Virus record (IMG/VR): IMGVR_UViG_3300045988_171858
DNA length: 64,000 nt
Strand: one strand, 5' to 3'
Source: a virus
Part shown: piece by piece, positions 41,723 to 51,412 of the stretch
How the letters are laid out: each line of letters starts with the position of its first letter
Numbering within the stretch: the first letter of the stretch is position 1
Program-made: the position numbers and the translations under genes
The notes under the pieces: model-generated
What the model was told of the DNA's origin: nothing
The model's input: only the letters and a program-made list of their open reading frames with translations
The model's database searches: none

Positions 41723-43407
41723 AACCATTTAGCAACGTTGTCTCACTTGACTTTGAAACAACCTCTACAAATCCGGAGGAAAGGATTAAAGACGTCAGAG
41801 ACGGCGTTGTTAAGTCCAGGCATAAAGCCAGGATATGGTCAGTAGGTTTAGCAACAAGAAGTGACGGCTCTGAGGCTATATTTAACCCATCACAAGAACA
41901 ACTGCAATCCGAGAAGATTGCATTGAATAGGAGAGGGTTCTACGCCCAAAACCAGGAGTGGCAAACATATGTATCAGGGCAAAAGAAACCTTCATCAGCA
42001 GAACTCCTGTTTGAAGCATCCGATAGGGCTATTTTAAAGCACCTGGATGACAGCTTGACGTTTGGCAACTCAGGAATGATCCTTGTACAAAACCTTGGAT
42101 TTGAACGTTCATTCTATGCAAGCCTTGAAGGCTCTTCATCGTCAAGATTGATGAATCAGATGTATGAGCGTTCTCCGGATGGCCAAACAAAACTGTATTC
42201 GCCGTCGGAGGTAGTAAAAGCAAGGGCCGCCGCCAAGGACGCTAAAACGCTCTCAGATTTAGATGCGGCTATGGACAAGGTAATGGCTGCCTACGAGAAA
42301 GTAGACGCATCTGTGATGAAATATGACGCAGAGAGAGCTACTAAGGGCGGACTGCCAATATTCTATGCGGCTGACCTTATGGATTTCACTAAAGCAACAT
42401 TCGTTAAGGCTGCTGCACAAGGCCATATTCCGGAAATGTACAAGGAAATGGGTCATAATGTAGATTTCCTTGCAAGCATGTTCTTGGGCGAAAAAGAGAC
42501 ACACGGCGCCTTATCAGATGCGAACCAACAGATTAGACTCTTTGATAAAATAATCGGCATAAGGCAAGAGCTAATTGCTGGCAATATTTCAGATGAAACA
42601 ACCGGTATCTTCAATAAGATGAAGACGGCATCTGGCATTGTTCGGGAAATACAGGCTGCAAAATCAATCATATCAAATATAGAAAAGTTCAAAGAGTCGG
42701 GCACTTGGGATTCTAAACAAAGAATAGATACAGTACAGGTTCCATTTGTAAACTCTTTAACAGGGAAAACCGGACACATAGAGACTCCAAGATTCTCCAG
42801 GGATGTTTCCAATGAGAGAGGATTGGCCAACTTCCTAACGATGTCAAAAGAGAGATATGGTAACACCCAGGCATATGCAGACCTGGAAAATATAATCAAG
42901 TCGGCACAAGGCAATCATGAAGTTGCACAGGAACTGTTGCGTAATCCCGACTCAACCGCAAAAATAGGTGCAGCCAATATTGATAACGGCGAGCTCCTTA
43001 GAAAGATTATTAGCGGCGAGGAATTATCAAACGAAGAGTTGCTAAAAATACGCAACACTAATATCTCTCACGGTTCAGAGCTTTCACTGTCTCAATTTAC
43101 AAAAGATTCATACAATAAAATACGTAATAGCCATGAAGCACTTAAATCAATCCTCCCTGAAAGTCACAGGGTTGGGATACCGGCAGTCGGGTTAGCAGCG
43201 GCGGGCAGCCTACTATACATGATGGCCGACTCTTTTGATGATGACATGAGAGTTAGGAAACTAAAAGACAGACAGGAAAGATTAGACTTCAACCAATATA
43301 ATGACCCTACTTTCAACAAATTCTCCGCATTGGATTATTCAATGGTAGCACCAGCAGGGTACATGGAAGCACAATATAGAGATTCAAGGAGGGCACATGA
43401 GTATTGA
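41719..43407 (+). CDS. DEDD (DnaQ-like) 3'-5' exonuclease domain protein with C-terminal TM segment (562 aa)
   Basis: ExoI VSLDFETTS, ExoII VQNLGFERSF, ExoIII HGALSDANQ. Hydrophobic segment IPAVGLAAAGSLLYMM near the C-terminus. Confidence 0.75.
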   Translation: MKPFSNVVSLDFETTSTNPEERIKDVRDGVVKSRHKARIWSVGLATRSDGSEAIFNPSQEQLQSEKIALNRRGFYAQNQEWQTYVSGQKKPSSAELLFEASDRAILKHLDDSLTFGNSGMILVQNLGFERSFYASLEGSSSSRLMNQMYERSPDGQTKLYSPSEVVKARAAAKDAKTLSDLDAAMDKVMAAYEKVDASVMKYDAERATKGGLPIFYAADLMDFTKATFVKAAAQGHIPEMYKEMGHNVDFLASMFLGEKETHGALSDANQQIRLFDKIIGIRQELIAGNISDETTGIFNKMKTASGIVREIQAAKSIISNIEKFKESGTWDSKQRIDTVQVPFVNSLTGKTGHIETPRFSRDVSNERGLANFLTMSKERYGNTQAYADLENIIKSAQGNHEVAQELLRNPDSTAKIGAANIDNGELLRKIISGEELSNEELLKIRNTNISHGSELSLSQFTKDSYNKIRNSHEALKSILPESHRVGIPAVGLAAAGSLLYMMADSFDDDMRVRKLKDRQERLDFNQYNDPTFNKFSALDYSMVAPAGYMEAQYRDSRRAHEY

Positions 43408-44521
43408 TAGAAGTCAACTTTGGGGTCAGGTAGCCCTAGAGTCAAAAGACGGCTTGCTGACAGGTGATAAGTCAAGATCAAAGCACGCCTCAAGGACGTC
43501 TAAACGCCTATTCGAAAACGGCCTGGGTAACGAGGACCATCCAGTAAAATGGGCATCAACCCTTTACGCTAAGAATGCAATCGAAGACTATACAGACGTT
43601 AGAAAGATGCTGGATAGTACAGATCCATTCTCAAAAGGCTCAATTGGTACAGCATTAAAAGCAGAGGCCATTACAAACTCTAGAAATAGGACGGCCGCAG
43701 AGCGAATATTTGGTGCGGCTCCAGGTTCAAGCAAATACAATTCGACACAGCCAATCAGGGGCGGCGGCATAAATAATATGTATGCCTTCAATAGCTACGA
43801 GTCATTTGTAACAGCAGGCGCAATGGACCATCTTGGTAGAGCCAGTAAATTCTTTAGAGGCTATGGCCTTCGAGATGACCTTATGAACTCTGTCGGGTTA
43901 ATGACTAAACACCAAAAGGCAATTATTTCCTCGTCTGCAACAAAAGCGACAGACAAACTGTTTACGGGTATGGCCCCAATACTTGGCGGTGTATTTGCAT
44001 TAACAGAGTCCGCAGATTATATTCTAGGGAATAAGGAATCGACGATTACAGACAACGCCGCAACTTCAGTGGCAGGCATGGCAATATCAGCTGCGGCCGG
44101 CACATACGGTTTTCGCGTTGGCAAAGAACTGACTCATGCCGGAACATCATTACTTAAGGGTGCACCGATAGTTGGTAAAATTGGCCGCGGAACAGCAGGA
44201 GAGGCCCTCGGTATGGCAGGAAGGGTTAGGGGTGCAGCCAAGCTTGCAACAGGTGCCGTAGGTGGTCTTGTGGTCGGCGGAGGGCTAATGATGGCTGCAG
44301 ACGCAGCAATAGGCCTGGCCAAAAGCATGGCAGATAGAGACAACAGGATTCTGCAACTGAGAAACTCACTATTCTCATCTACATCCGGTAATACCTCAGT
44401 TAATACATCCCAACTTGCCACAAGTAGACAAAGAGCATTCTCAAAATTGTCCAAATCCTCACTGAATGATAAGGGTTACATTCTTGGTAATGAGGCAGCT
44501 ATACTGAAAGGTATATACTAA
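43397..44521 (+). CDS. glycine-zipper/TM-rich protein (374 aa; internal virion protein candidate)
   Basis: AAGGAGGG RBS. Contains VAGMAISAAAGTYG...GAAKLATGAVGGLVVGGGLMMAADAAIGLA. Confidence 0.7.
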   Translation: MSIDRSQLWGQVALESKDGLLTGDKSRSKHASRTSKRLFENGLGNEDHPVKWASTLYAKNAIEDYTDVRKMLDSTDPFSKGSIGTALKAEAITNSRNRTAAERIFGAAPGSSKYNSTQPIRGGGINNMYAFNSYESFVTAGAMDHLGRASKFFRGYGLRDDLMNSVGLMTKHQKAIISSSATKATDKLFTGMAPILGGVFALTESADYILGNKESTITDNAATSVAGMAISAAAGTYGFRVGKELTHAGTSLLKGAPIVGKIGRGTAGEALGMAGRVRGAAKLATGAVGGLVVGGGLMMAADAAIGLAKSMADRDNRILQLRNSLFSSTSGNTSVNTSQLATSRQRAFSKLSKSSLNDKGYILGNEAAILKGIY

Positions 44522-46482
44522 TGTCAGAAGAATTAGAACAAAACACTGACCATATCCGTAAGGATATAGAAGAGGACGACGATAGGAAGCCGACGTCGTC
44601 CCTTATTCAACTTTATGAAATGCCCTGGCGGGACTATCTAAAGCACAAAAATTATGATACAGATATCAATAATATGTGCAGGAACTGCCAAAGGGAACAA
44701 ATCAGAAAGTACGGAGAAATTACAATTAAATGCTCTGGGCCTAAAGATATCAGTGTCCTGGATCAAAATATTGTAGCCGATTTAAACAAAGAAGAGCTTG
44801 ACGAAATTAAGCAAGCGATGGATCCCGTATACTGGGCAGAGAAGAACATCGATGTAAACCAGCCGGACCCGACGAAACGTTTATATGTTAATAGATGGTA
44901 CCAATCTATGCAAATTAAATGTTCTGCGTCTAAAAAAGCTATCCGGTGCGGGCGGCGTTCAGGTAAATCTTACGGCCTTGGTATTGATATTTCCAACAGA
45001 CTTGTTCAAAACAGTAACTATCAGATCCTTGTAGTAACACCGTTCCTATCTCAAGCAAAAGAGCTTACAAACGTAGTCAAAAAGATTCTCCGCTCTCTTG
45101 GCGATACAATAGGTACATGGGATGACCTTGTTGAACGCTCAGTTACATCTCCGTACCAAGAGATCCAGATGAAGAATGGCTCAACATTCAAAGCGTTTAC
45201 AGCCGGTAATGACAATGCAAACGCCGTCCGCGGTCAAGGTGCACACCTTATCATCATCGACGAGGCGGACTTCCTAACCCAAGAGGCATTTGACTCCATT
45301 ACTGCCATCTTGATGGATAAACCAAATACCGAAATTATTTGTACATCCACACCGATGGGCGAGGGCCTATTGTACAAGTTCGCAAACTCAAAAGACTACA
45401 AAGAGTTCCACTTCCCATCCTTCTGTATCCCCCACTACAATGATGACATGGACAGAGAGTTCCGCAACTCATTGTCCATGATGGCATACATCCAAGAGAT
45501 CATGGCAGAATTCGGCCTTTCAGATAACTCCGTATTTGATACAGACCTCGTGAATAGAAGTACGACAATTGGAACCTCAGAATCTCTACATGATGTAATC
45601 GTCAATAGAGATAGGTATATAGTGTCTCTTGGTTGTGACTGGAACGCCGATAAGGTTGGTACACGTATTTGTGTTATTGCATACGACAAAATTGAGCGCA
45701 AGGTTATCATTGCAAATCTTTCAAATGTAAGACGAGAAGGATGGACACAGGTTGCAGCAGTAGATAAGATTGTCGAACTTAATAGACTCTATGTCCCCGA
45801 TTATATTTATGTCGACGAAGGGTTTGGTGAGGCAAACGTTCAGCAATTAAAACTTATTGCCGTAAATCTATTTGGTAAAGTACCGACGAATCATCCGGAT
45901 TTGAGATTGCGCAATGTAACGCCGGTTAACTTCTCATCGACACTTGAGCTTCGAGATGTAATGACCGGAGAAATCCGTAAAAAATACTTCAAAAACTTCA
46001 TCGTAGAAACCACCAAGCGTGCATTGGAAACTGATTTACTGGCCTTCAAGGATCCAATCTCAGCACCAATTGTAGAGCAGATGAAAAACTATATTGTTAA
46101 ATCTCGCGCTGCAAACGGAAGAGAAGTATACGAAGCTAAGAACCACGAGATTGGCGACCATGATTTAGATGCATTTATGATTGCATTGGCTGGATTGCAA
46201 TTAAATGAGGATTCAATCCTAGACACACGGCGCTATTCTAATGTTACAATATTGCCACTTGAAAAACGCGGCTCTGAAGCGTATAATAACTCGAATAAAA
46301 TAGAAAAACGCTCGTATGCAAACGAGGAAAAGTACCATCGAACAGTTCGTGTTGCCCCTGGCATTAGTCGACGTTCGTCCATAACAGGTGGACCGATGGG
46401 TGGCAGAGGTTCTTTGTCTAGAGAGACAGCCTCTACGTTTATGAATAGGTACAGAGCTACAATGAGGTCAAAACCTAGATAA
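44521..46482 (+). CDS. terL: terminase large subunit
   Basis: Walker A CGRRSGKSYG and Walker B HLIIIDEADF. C-terminal RNase-H-like nuclease region (LGCDWN...DEGFGE...DHDLDAF). Confidence 0.9.
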   Translation: MSEELEQNTDHIRKDIEEDDDRKPTSSLIQLYEMPWRDYLKHKNYDTDINNMCRNCQREQIRKYGEITIKCSGPKDISVLDQNIVADLNKEELDEIKQAMDPVYWAEKNIDVNQPDPTKRLYVNRWYQSMQIKCSASKKAIRCGRRSGKSYGLGIDISNRLVQNSNYQILVVTPFLSQAKELTNVVKKILRSLGDTIGTWDDLVERSVTSPYQEIQMKNGSTFKAFTAGNDNANAVRGQGAHLIIIDEADFLTQEAFDSITAILMDKPNTEIICTSTPMGEGLLYKFANSKDYKEFHFPSFCIPHYNDDMDREFRNSLSMMAYIQEIMAEFGLSDNSVFDTDLVNRSTTIGTSESLHDVIVNRDRYIVSLGCDWNADKVGTRICVIAYDKIERKVIIANLSNVRREGWTQVAAVDKIVELNRLYVPDYIYVDEGFGEANVQQLKLIAVNLFGKVPTNHPDLRLRNVTPVNFSSTLELRDVMTGEIRKKYFKNFIVETTKRALETDLLAFKDPISAPIVEQMKNYIVKSRAANGREVYEAKNHEIGDHDLDAFMIALAGLQLNEDSILDTRRYSNVTILPLEKRGSEAYNNSNKIEKRSYANEEKYHRTVRVAPGISRRSSITGGPMGGRGSLSRETASTFMNRYRATMRSKPR

Positions 46483-46498
46483 GAGGAATCTTCTAAAT

Positions 46499-46918
46499 AT
46501 GGATTACAATCTAATCAGGATTACTGATAGCACCGTTTTGTCGGATGCCGGTATTTGCTACTATGACCCGATAGAAGAGGTTATCAAAGAAATTGGTTCT
46601 GGATATATGATGGGGACAAATCCAACGTCCCCTGTAATCCATAAGCTGATGCTAGTAATTAAGAACGGTTCTATCAAAAAGGTCAACGTCAAAGTAGTTA
46701 AGAATAAAGAGCTAGAGGCTCTATTCGATATCAAAATTTTACCTGGGGTTTCCGCCCCAGGGCTTTCTTCCTTCGCAGAAGTCGACGCTTTTAATAGTCT
46801 TGAGATAACAGACGGGTTGCAGCCATATTCGCTAATCCCGTTTCATGTTTATATCAAAACAAAAGGTCCTATTAATGCTTTACTAAATGCACCATTGGAG
46901 CTTACCTATGAGTTCTAG
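46499..46918 (+). CDS. hypothetical protein (139 aa)
   Basis: ORF track. AAGAGGAA RBS. Confidence 0.7.
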   Translation: MDYNLIRITDSTVLSDAGICYYDPIEEVIKEIGSGYMMGTNPTSPVIHKLMLVIKNGSIKKVNVKVVKNKELEALFDIKILPGVSAPGLSSFAEVDAFNSLEITDGLQPYSLIPFHVYIKTKGPINALLNAPLELTYEF

Positions 46919-47174
46919 TTTTACGGTAAAAGAAGTAAGCTCAATCCTAGAGGAGCTGGTTGTAGCTAAATCAGAAATCCTCGGGAAGCTAAAGGACCTA
47001 AAGGTTACGGCAACGGACGATAGGGATCCTGACGTTATGACGGCAGTACGAAACCTTTATGGGGAAGATGCCATAAAAGACGGCAAGGCCTCTATTTCAT
47101 TTGAAATGGTTGCACAGTGTATTGATATCGTAAGACGTGCAGGCAAGGCAAAGGCTGCGGAGTTAATTAAATGA
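46908..47174 (+). CDS. hypothetical protein (88 aa)
   Basis: Start moved to MSSSFTVKE (GGAG RBS). Confidence 0.6.
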   Translation: MSSSFTVKEVSSILEELVVAKSEILGKLKDLKVTATDDRDPDVMTAVRNLYGEDAIKDGKASISFEMVAQCIDIVRRAGKAKAAELIK

Positions 47175-47743
47175 TTGAGTTATGGGGCTCACAGAGTCAA
47201 AATACAATTGTTGACCAACAAAGGGCAGAGTTGTATATGAGGCTTTTCCAGTATGCCTCATCTGATTTCACAAACAATCAGGATATCAAAGTATTTGTAG
47301 AAGATGTTATAAGGTGGGCAAAATCTGTTGAAGACAGAATGAAGAAGCTTGAGCAAGACCTAAATGCTCATACTCATCAGATACCGGCACATACACATCA
47401 GGTTCCTCCTCATACTCATCAGATATTGCCTCATACTCATCCGACGGCTTGGGGTCCAAGTGGCCCTAATGTCCCCACCTCAACAGATACGGGAACATTA
47501 AAGACTACAGGTGTTAATGAGGTTTTTGATTCCATTAAGCCAACGCAAGAACTTAAATGGACCGAGGGGGAAATCCCAAAGATGTATCAAAATACGTCTG
47601 GCGCTACCACTAATCTTAACAATAAAGTAACAGCAGGCGCCGGGGTTATAGGTGATGTAGCCGTTCATCAGAGACGTTCTACGCCTCTTGCAAAAGCAGC
47701 GGCGCCGAATATCCCCCCGTATTTACTACCAACACCGCTATAG
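47171..47743 (+). CDS. HxH-repeat protein (190 aa; fibre/collar-like)
   Basis: Four tandem heptads AHTHQIP/AHTHQVP/PHTHQIL/PHTHPTA, encoded by 21-nt repeats at 47366-47443. Confidence 0.7.
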   Translation: MIELWGSQSQNTIVDQQRAELYMRLFQYASSDFTNNQDIKVFVEDVIRWAKSVEDRMKKLEQDLNAHTHQIPAHTHQVPPHTHQILPHTHPTAWGPSGPNVPTSTDTGTLKTTGVNEVFDSIKPTQELKWTEGEIPKMYQNTSGATTNLNNKVTAGAGVIGDVAVHQRRSTPLAKAAAPNIPPYLLPTPL

Positions 47744-47750
47744 GACACAG

Positions 47751-49661
47751 ATGGAATTAAGCAGAAAAGTTAGCCCAACGGCAAGTACAACATATGCAGT
47801 CGCCTATGCACAGCTTATTGTTGACCATTTCTCAAAAGCACTACAGGAAAACGGCTGCTTAATCCAAGTTCCTGTTGGGTTATATGTACAATTTGACGAC
47901 CAATATAACAGATTAGTAGATTATATAGAAAGCGCATTAAATGCTGGGAATATTGATAATGACCACAATGGGGATAAACTTGACTCTGTCGTTCATCCTA
48001 ACGGGGCTATTAACCCTAAGCACTTAGCTGCAATAAAGAGTGCAATCAGAAAGGCCAGTAACGACTGTTTTGCCTGTAATATTGAGAAGCCTAAGTTTGA
48101 TTTCAGTGGTATCTTCGGAAATCTGCTAAAAGATATTACGACATCGCTAGATCAATTCAGGAATATAGGTAAGTTCAATAAGGCATCGGTCTGCCAATAC
48201 GCATTCTTCCTATCGTATTTGTGCCTCCCTGATTTGCTTAAGTTGATAGCATTAATCCTGGCTGCAATCGTAAAGACGACGCAGAACATCCAATTACCAA
48301 GGCTAACGGTTGCAGTATTCATCAACGCTATTCTAGGCGCAATTATCGAGGCGCTAGTTAAAAATATTTCTGTATTGGCCAGATTTGCACTTACACCCGT
48401 GCTATGTATTCTGGATTCAATTGATTCTATTATTGACCAATTGCCAACTCCAGAGAATATCCGCAATACAAGTGCAGAGGAATTAAAGCAATTAGGCGTT
48501 AATAAGAAATTCCTTGATGGCGAATACGATACTAATCTCAAAAAGAAAACACAAGAGATTAGAAAACAATACACATCACGCGTAAACAAATATGCGGAAA
48601 CTGCCGAGCTGAATACAAGAAAACATGTAGAAGAGATTATGGGCCCTCTTCAAGAGACCATTAATCGCAGCGTTGAATCACTGAACAATTCAATTGCAGA
48701 GCTTACGGGCCTACTAAATCATTTTAGTTGTGAACCTGCTCGTTCAGGCTTGACTATTTCGCAATATCTGAGTAACCTATCAGAACTGATGGCAATGGCA
48801 AATCTTTTAAGGTACATTGTCAGAATGAAGTCTGGTAAAGCCGCAATTGAAAAAATTTGTAATGCTCCTGCCGGACAGCAAAACTTTGGCCAGGATAACG
48901 ACACAACCAATATAGACGGAAATTTATCAATCGGTAATATCGGCTCTGTAATAGCAGATACAATCGGTGCGGATATCGATCTAATTACAGATGAGAATGG
49001 AAACGCAATTGCTGTTGCAATCAAAGATAATGACGAGGGCAATAAAGACAACCTCTCATTCTATTCTTGTAATCTTGACGATTTTGCGAGGTCTGTGACT
49101 GTTCCAGGCCTAATTGAGGAGATCTCAAAGTACGATTTCCCAAGTATTAAAGTTGACGAATGGAATCCTTCTCCATGGAAGGTTACGGTTATTCCTGATT
49201 CTAAATACGACTACGGCCGCCCCAATACCTCTATTGTTCCATTGGTTATTAATACAGACGACCCAAATTGGAGTATTCCAAAACACATTCAAAATGTAAT
49301 AGGGTTTATAGATAAGTATAACGGAGCAACAGACCCTGCCAGAACATCTAATGATATTACATTCATTGATGAAGATCTAAATAGAATCATCAAAGACAGA
49401 CAAATCAAAACCGAAGACGACAACATCGTCGACGGTCTAACAGATTCCTCTGTAAGAATTGTTAATGAAGATGGCAGCGTTAAGATTATCGACTCTACTG
49501 GGCGTATACAGACAAACAACAGTGCACCAACACCGACTGCAGTCGAAAGCGTGGAAAGACTAATTGCAAACTTTAGCAATTCAAAAGCAAAAAATTCACC
49601 ACTTGGACAGCTAGACTGTATTACAGATATAGAAAACGTCCTTAATAAGCTCGGAGACTAA
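47751..49661 (+). CDS. large hypothetical virion-module protein (636 aa) with central hydrophobic region
   Basis: Start moved to MELSRKVS (AGGA RBS), just after the upstream stop. Confidence 0.75.
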   Translation: MELSRKVSPTASTTYAVAYAQLIVDHFSKALQENGCLIQVPVGLYVQFDDQYNRLVDYIESALNAGNIDNDHNGDKLDSVVHPNGAINPKHLAAIKSAIRKASNDCFACNIEKPKFDFSGIFGNLLKDITTSLDQFRNIGKFNKASVCQYAFFLSYLCLPDLLKLIALILAAIVKTTQNIQLPRLTVAVFINAILGAIIEALVKNISVLARFALTPVLCILDSIDSIIDQLPTPENIRNTSAEELKQLGVNKKFLDGEYDTNLKKKTQEIRKQYTSRVNKYAETAELNTRKHVEEIMGPLQETINRSVESLNNSIAELTGLLNHFSCEPARSGLTISQYLSNLSELMAMANLLRYIVRMKSGKAAIEKICNAPAGQQNFGQDNDTTNIDGNLSIGNIGSVIADTIGADIDLITDENGNAIAVAIKDNDEGNKDNLSFYSCNLDDFARSVTVPGLIEEISKYDFPSIKVDEWNPSPWKVTVIPDSKYDYGRPNTSIVPLVINTDDPNWSIPKHIQNVIGFIDKYNGATDPARTSNDITFIDEDLNRIIKDRQIKTEDDNIVDGLTDSSVRIVNEDGSVKIIDSTGRIQTNNSAPTPTAVESVERLIANFSNSKAKNSPLGQLDCITDIENVLNKLGD

Positions 49662-49663
49662 CA

Positions 49664-51412
49664 ATGAAAAATGAAGATATGGGAATTCTTCTGAATACCA
49701 ATTATTCTTCAAATCCAAAGGTAATTAAGGATGCTCTAAGCAGTAAAGCTCTAGGTATCAGAAGACAGTCCCTATCAAATCCGGGGCTGTCTTATTTTGG
49801 CAAAAGAACCGGCGGATTTAATGATGTAATCTACAGTGGCTTCAAAAATCATGAGTATGATCTTTTTGAATACTCAAGAATTATTGATACAGAAGCTATT
49901 GTAGCCAAAGCATTCGAACGCCAGCGGGCCTTAATTTTTAAAAACGGCTTCTACTTCGAATCCAATAACCCGAAAAACGTTGAATATATCAAATCTCGAA
50001 TTAGAGAGATTGAGTATGTTACAGGCCTAACATTCCGTAACTTTATCGAAGAAATGGCATATAACCTTGTGATGTTTCACAACGCCTATATCCTTATGGT
50101 TAGAAATGAGGATAAGTCTACCGGAGAAACGGTAAATGTAGGCAATAAAGAGTTGCAGCCAATAGCAGGATGGTTTAATCTTCCAACTGAAACGATTCAA
50201 CGTAAACTGAAAGAAAACGGCGATGTCGAGATGTATAAGCAATATCTTGACCCGGCCACATTTAGATTATTTTCCCCAGAGAAAGTAAGGCATCTAAAAT
50301 ACAATGCCCGTTCAGGCTTCACTATGGGTACACCTCCATTAGAAGCAGTAAAAGACGACATCCTTGCATTGAGACGAATCGAAGAGTCAGTAGAGACATT
50401 GATCTACAAGGGTATCTTCCCTATGATTCATGTCAAGGTCGGTACAGAATCAAATCCGGCCAAAATCCTTATTGACGGAAGGGACGAAGTCGAAACGATG
50501 GGCTATGTAATGCAAGAGCTGGATGAGTACGGCGGCATTACTACAAGTGAGCGCGTAGAAGTAAAAGCAATCGGCTCAGAGTCACTAGCACTACGGGTAG
50601 AAAGCTATTTAGAATACTTCAAAGACCGCGTAATGTTAGGCCTTGGTGTTTCAGACATCGACATGGGTATCGGTGATTCCTCTGGTAAGGCTACCGGCCA
50701 AATCATCTCCCAAACTCTGAAAGAAGCAGTAATCAATAAACAAGATGCAATATCAGAGTTTATTACTCATGTTTTGTTTAAACCGCTTCTAGTGGAATCC
50801 GGAATGTATGAAGCAGAATACATGATCCCGGAAGAGGACCTGGTTAAGTTTAAATTTAATCATGTTGACCAGGACGCCCGTATTAAGATAGAATCACATA
50901 TCCTTAATATGTTCAACAGCGGCCTATTGTCCATCAATGAAGCCAGACTCGAAATTGGCTACAAAGAAATCGGCGATAAGGAAATTTCCAGAATCGGTAA
51001 AGACAAGGAAATGATCCTTCCGACATACCAGGTAGAAACAGCCAAGGTAGCAGCGGCAGCTGCTGCACAATCCAAAAAAGAGAATAGTTCTGGCAATAAG
51101 ACAAAAGCCGACGGCGCGAAGAAAGCTTCCGCATCTAAGACGAATCCAAAGAATCAGTTCAGTGATTCGCTATTTCCAATAGAAGAAATTAAGGCTGCAC
51201 TACCGAACAAAACGTTACTATCTGAATACATTGAGAATCATATAAAATCAGTAGTTGACATATCTGATTCACAAATGGATAATAACGTAAAAGATATTGT
51301 TTCTGTCTTCTCTGACGCTCTATATTTAGCTGGTCAGTCCGAAGATATCTCAGATTCAGATATCGAAGATTCACTTATTGAAATGTATGAGTTAGTTGGA
51401 GGAGAGTCATGA
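49664..51412 (+). CDS. portal protein
   Basis: Size and position (after terminase, before protease/scaffold and capsid). Charged Lys/Ala-rich C-terminal region. Synteny-based call. Confidence 0.7.
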   Translation: MKNEDMGILLNTNYSSNPKVIKDALSSKALGIRRQSLSNPGLSYFGKRTGGFNDVIYSGFKNHEYDLFEYSRIIDTEAIVAKAFERQRALIFKNGFYFESNNPKNVEYIKSRIREIEYVTGLTFRNFIEEMAYNLVMFHNAYILMVRNEDKSTGETVNVGNKELQPIAGWFNLPTETIQRKLKENGDVEMYKQYLDPATFRLFSPEKVRHLKYNARSGFTMGTPPLEAVKDDILALRRIEESVETLIYKGIFPMIHVKVGTESNPAKILIDGRDEVETMGYVMQELDEYGGITTSERVEVKAIGSESLALRVESYLEYFKDRVMLGLGVSDIDMGIGDSSGKATGQIISQTLKEAVINKQDAISEFITHVLFKPLLVESGMYEAEYMIPEEDLVKFKFNHVDQDARIKIESHILNMFNSGLLSINEARLEIGYKEIGDKEISRIGKDKEMILPTYQVETAKVAAAAAAQSKKENSSGNKTKADGAKKASASKTNPKNQFSDSLFPIEEIKAALPNKTLLSEYIENHIKSVVDISDSQMDNNVKDIVSVFSDALYLAGQSEDISDSDIEDSLIEMYELVGGES

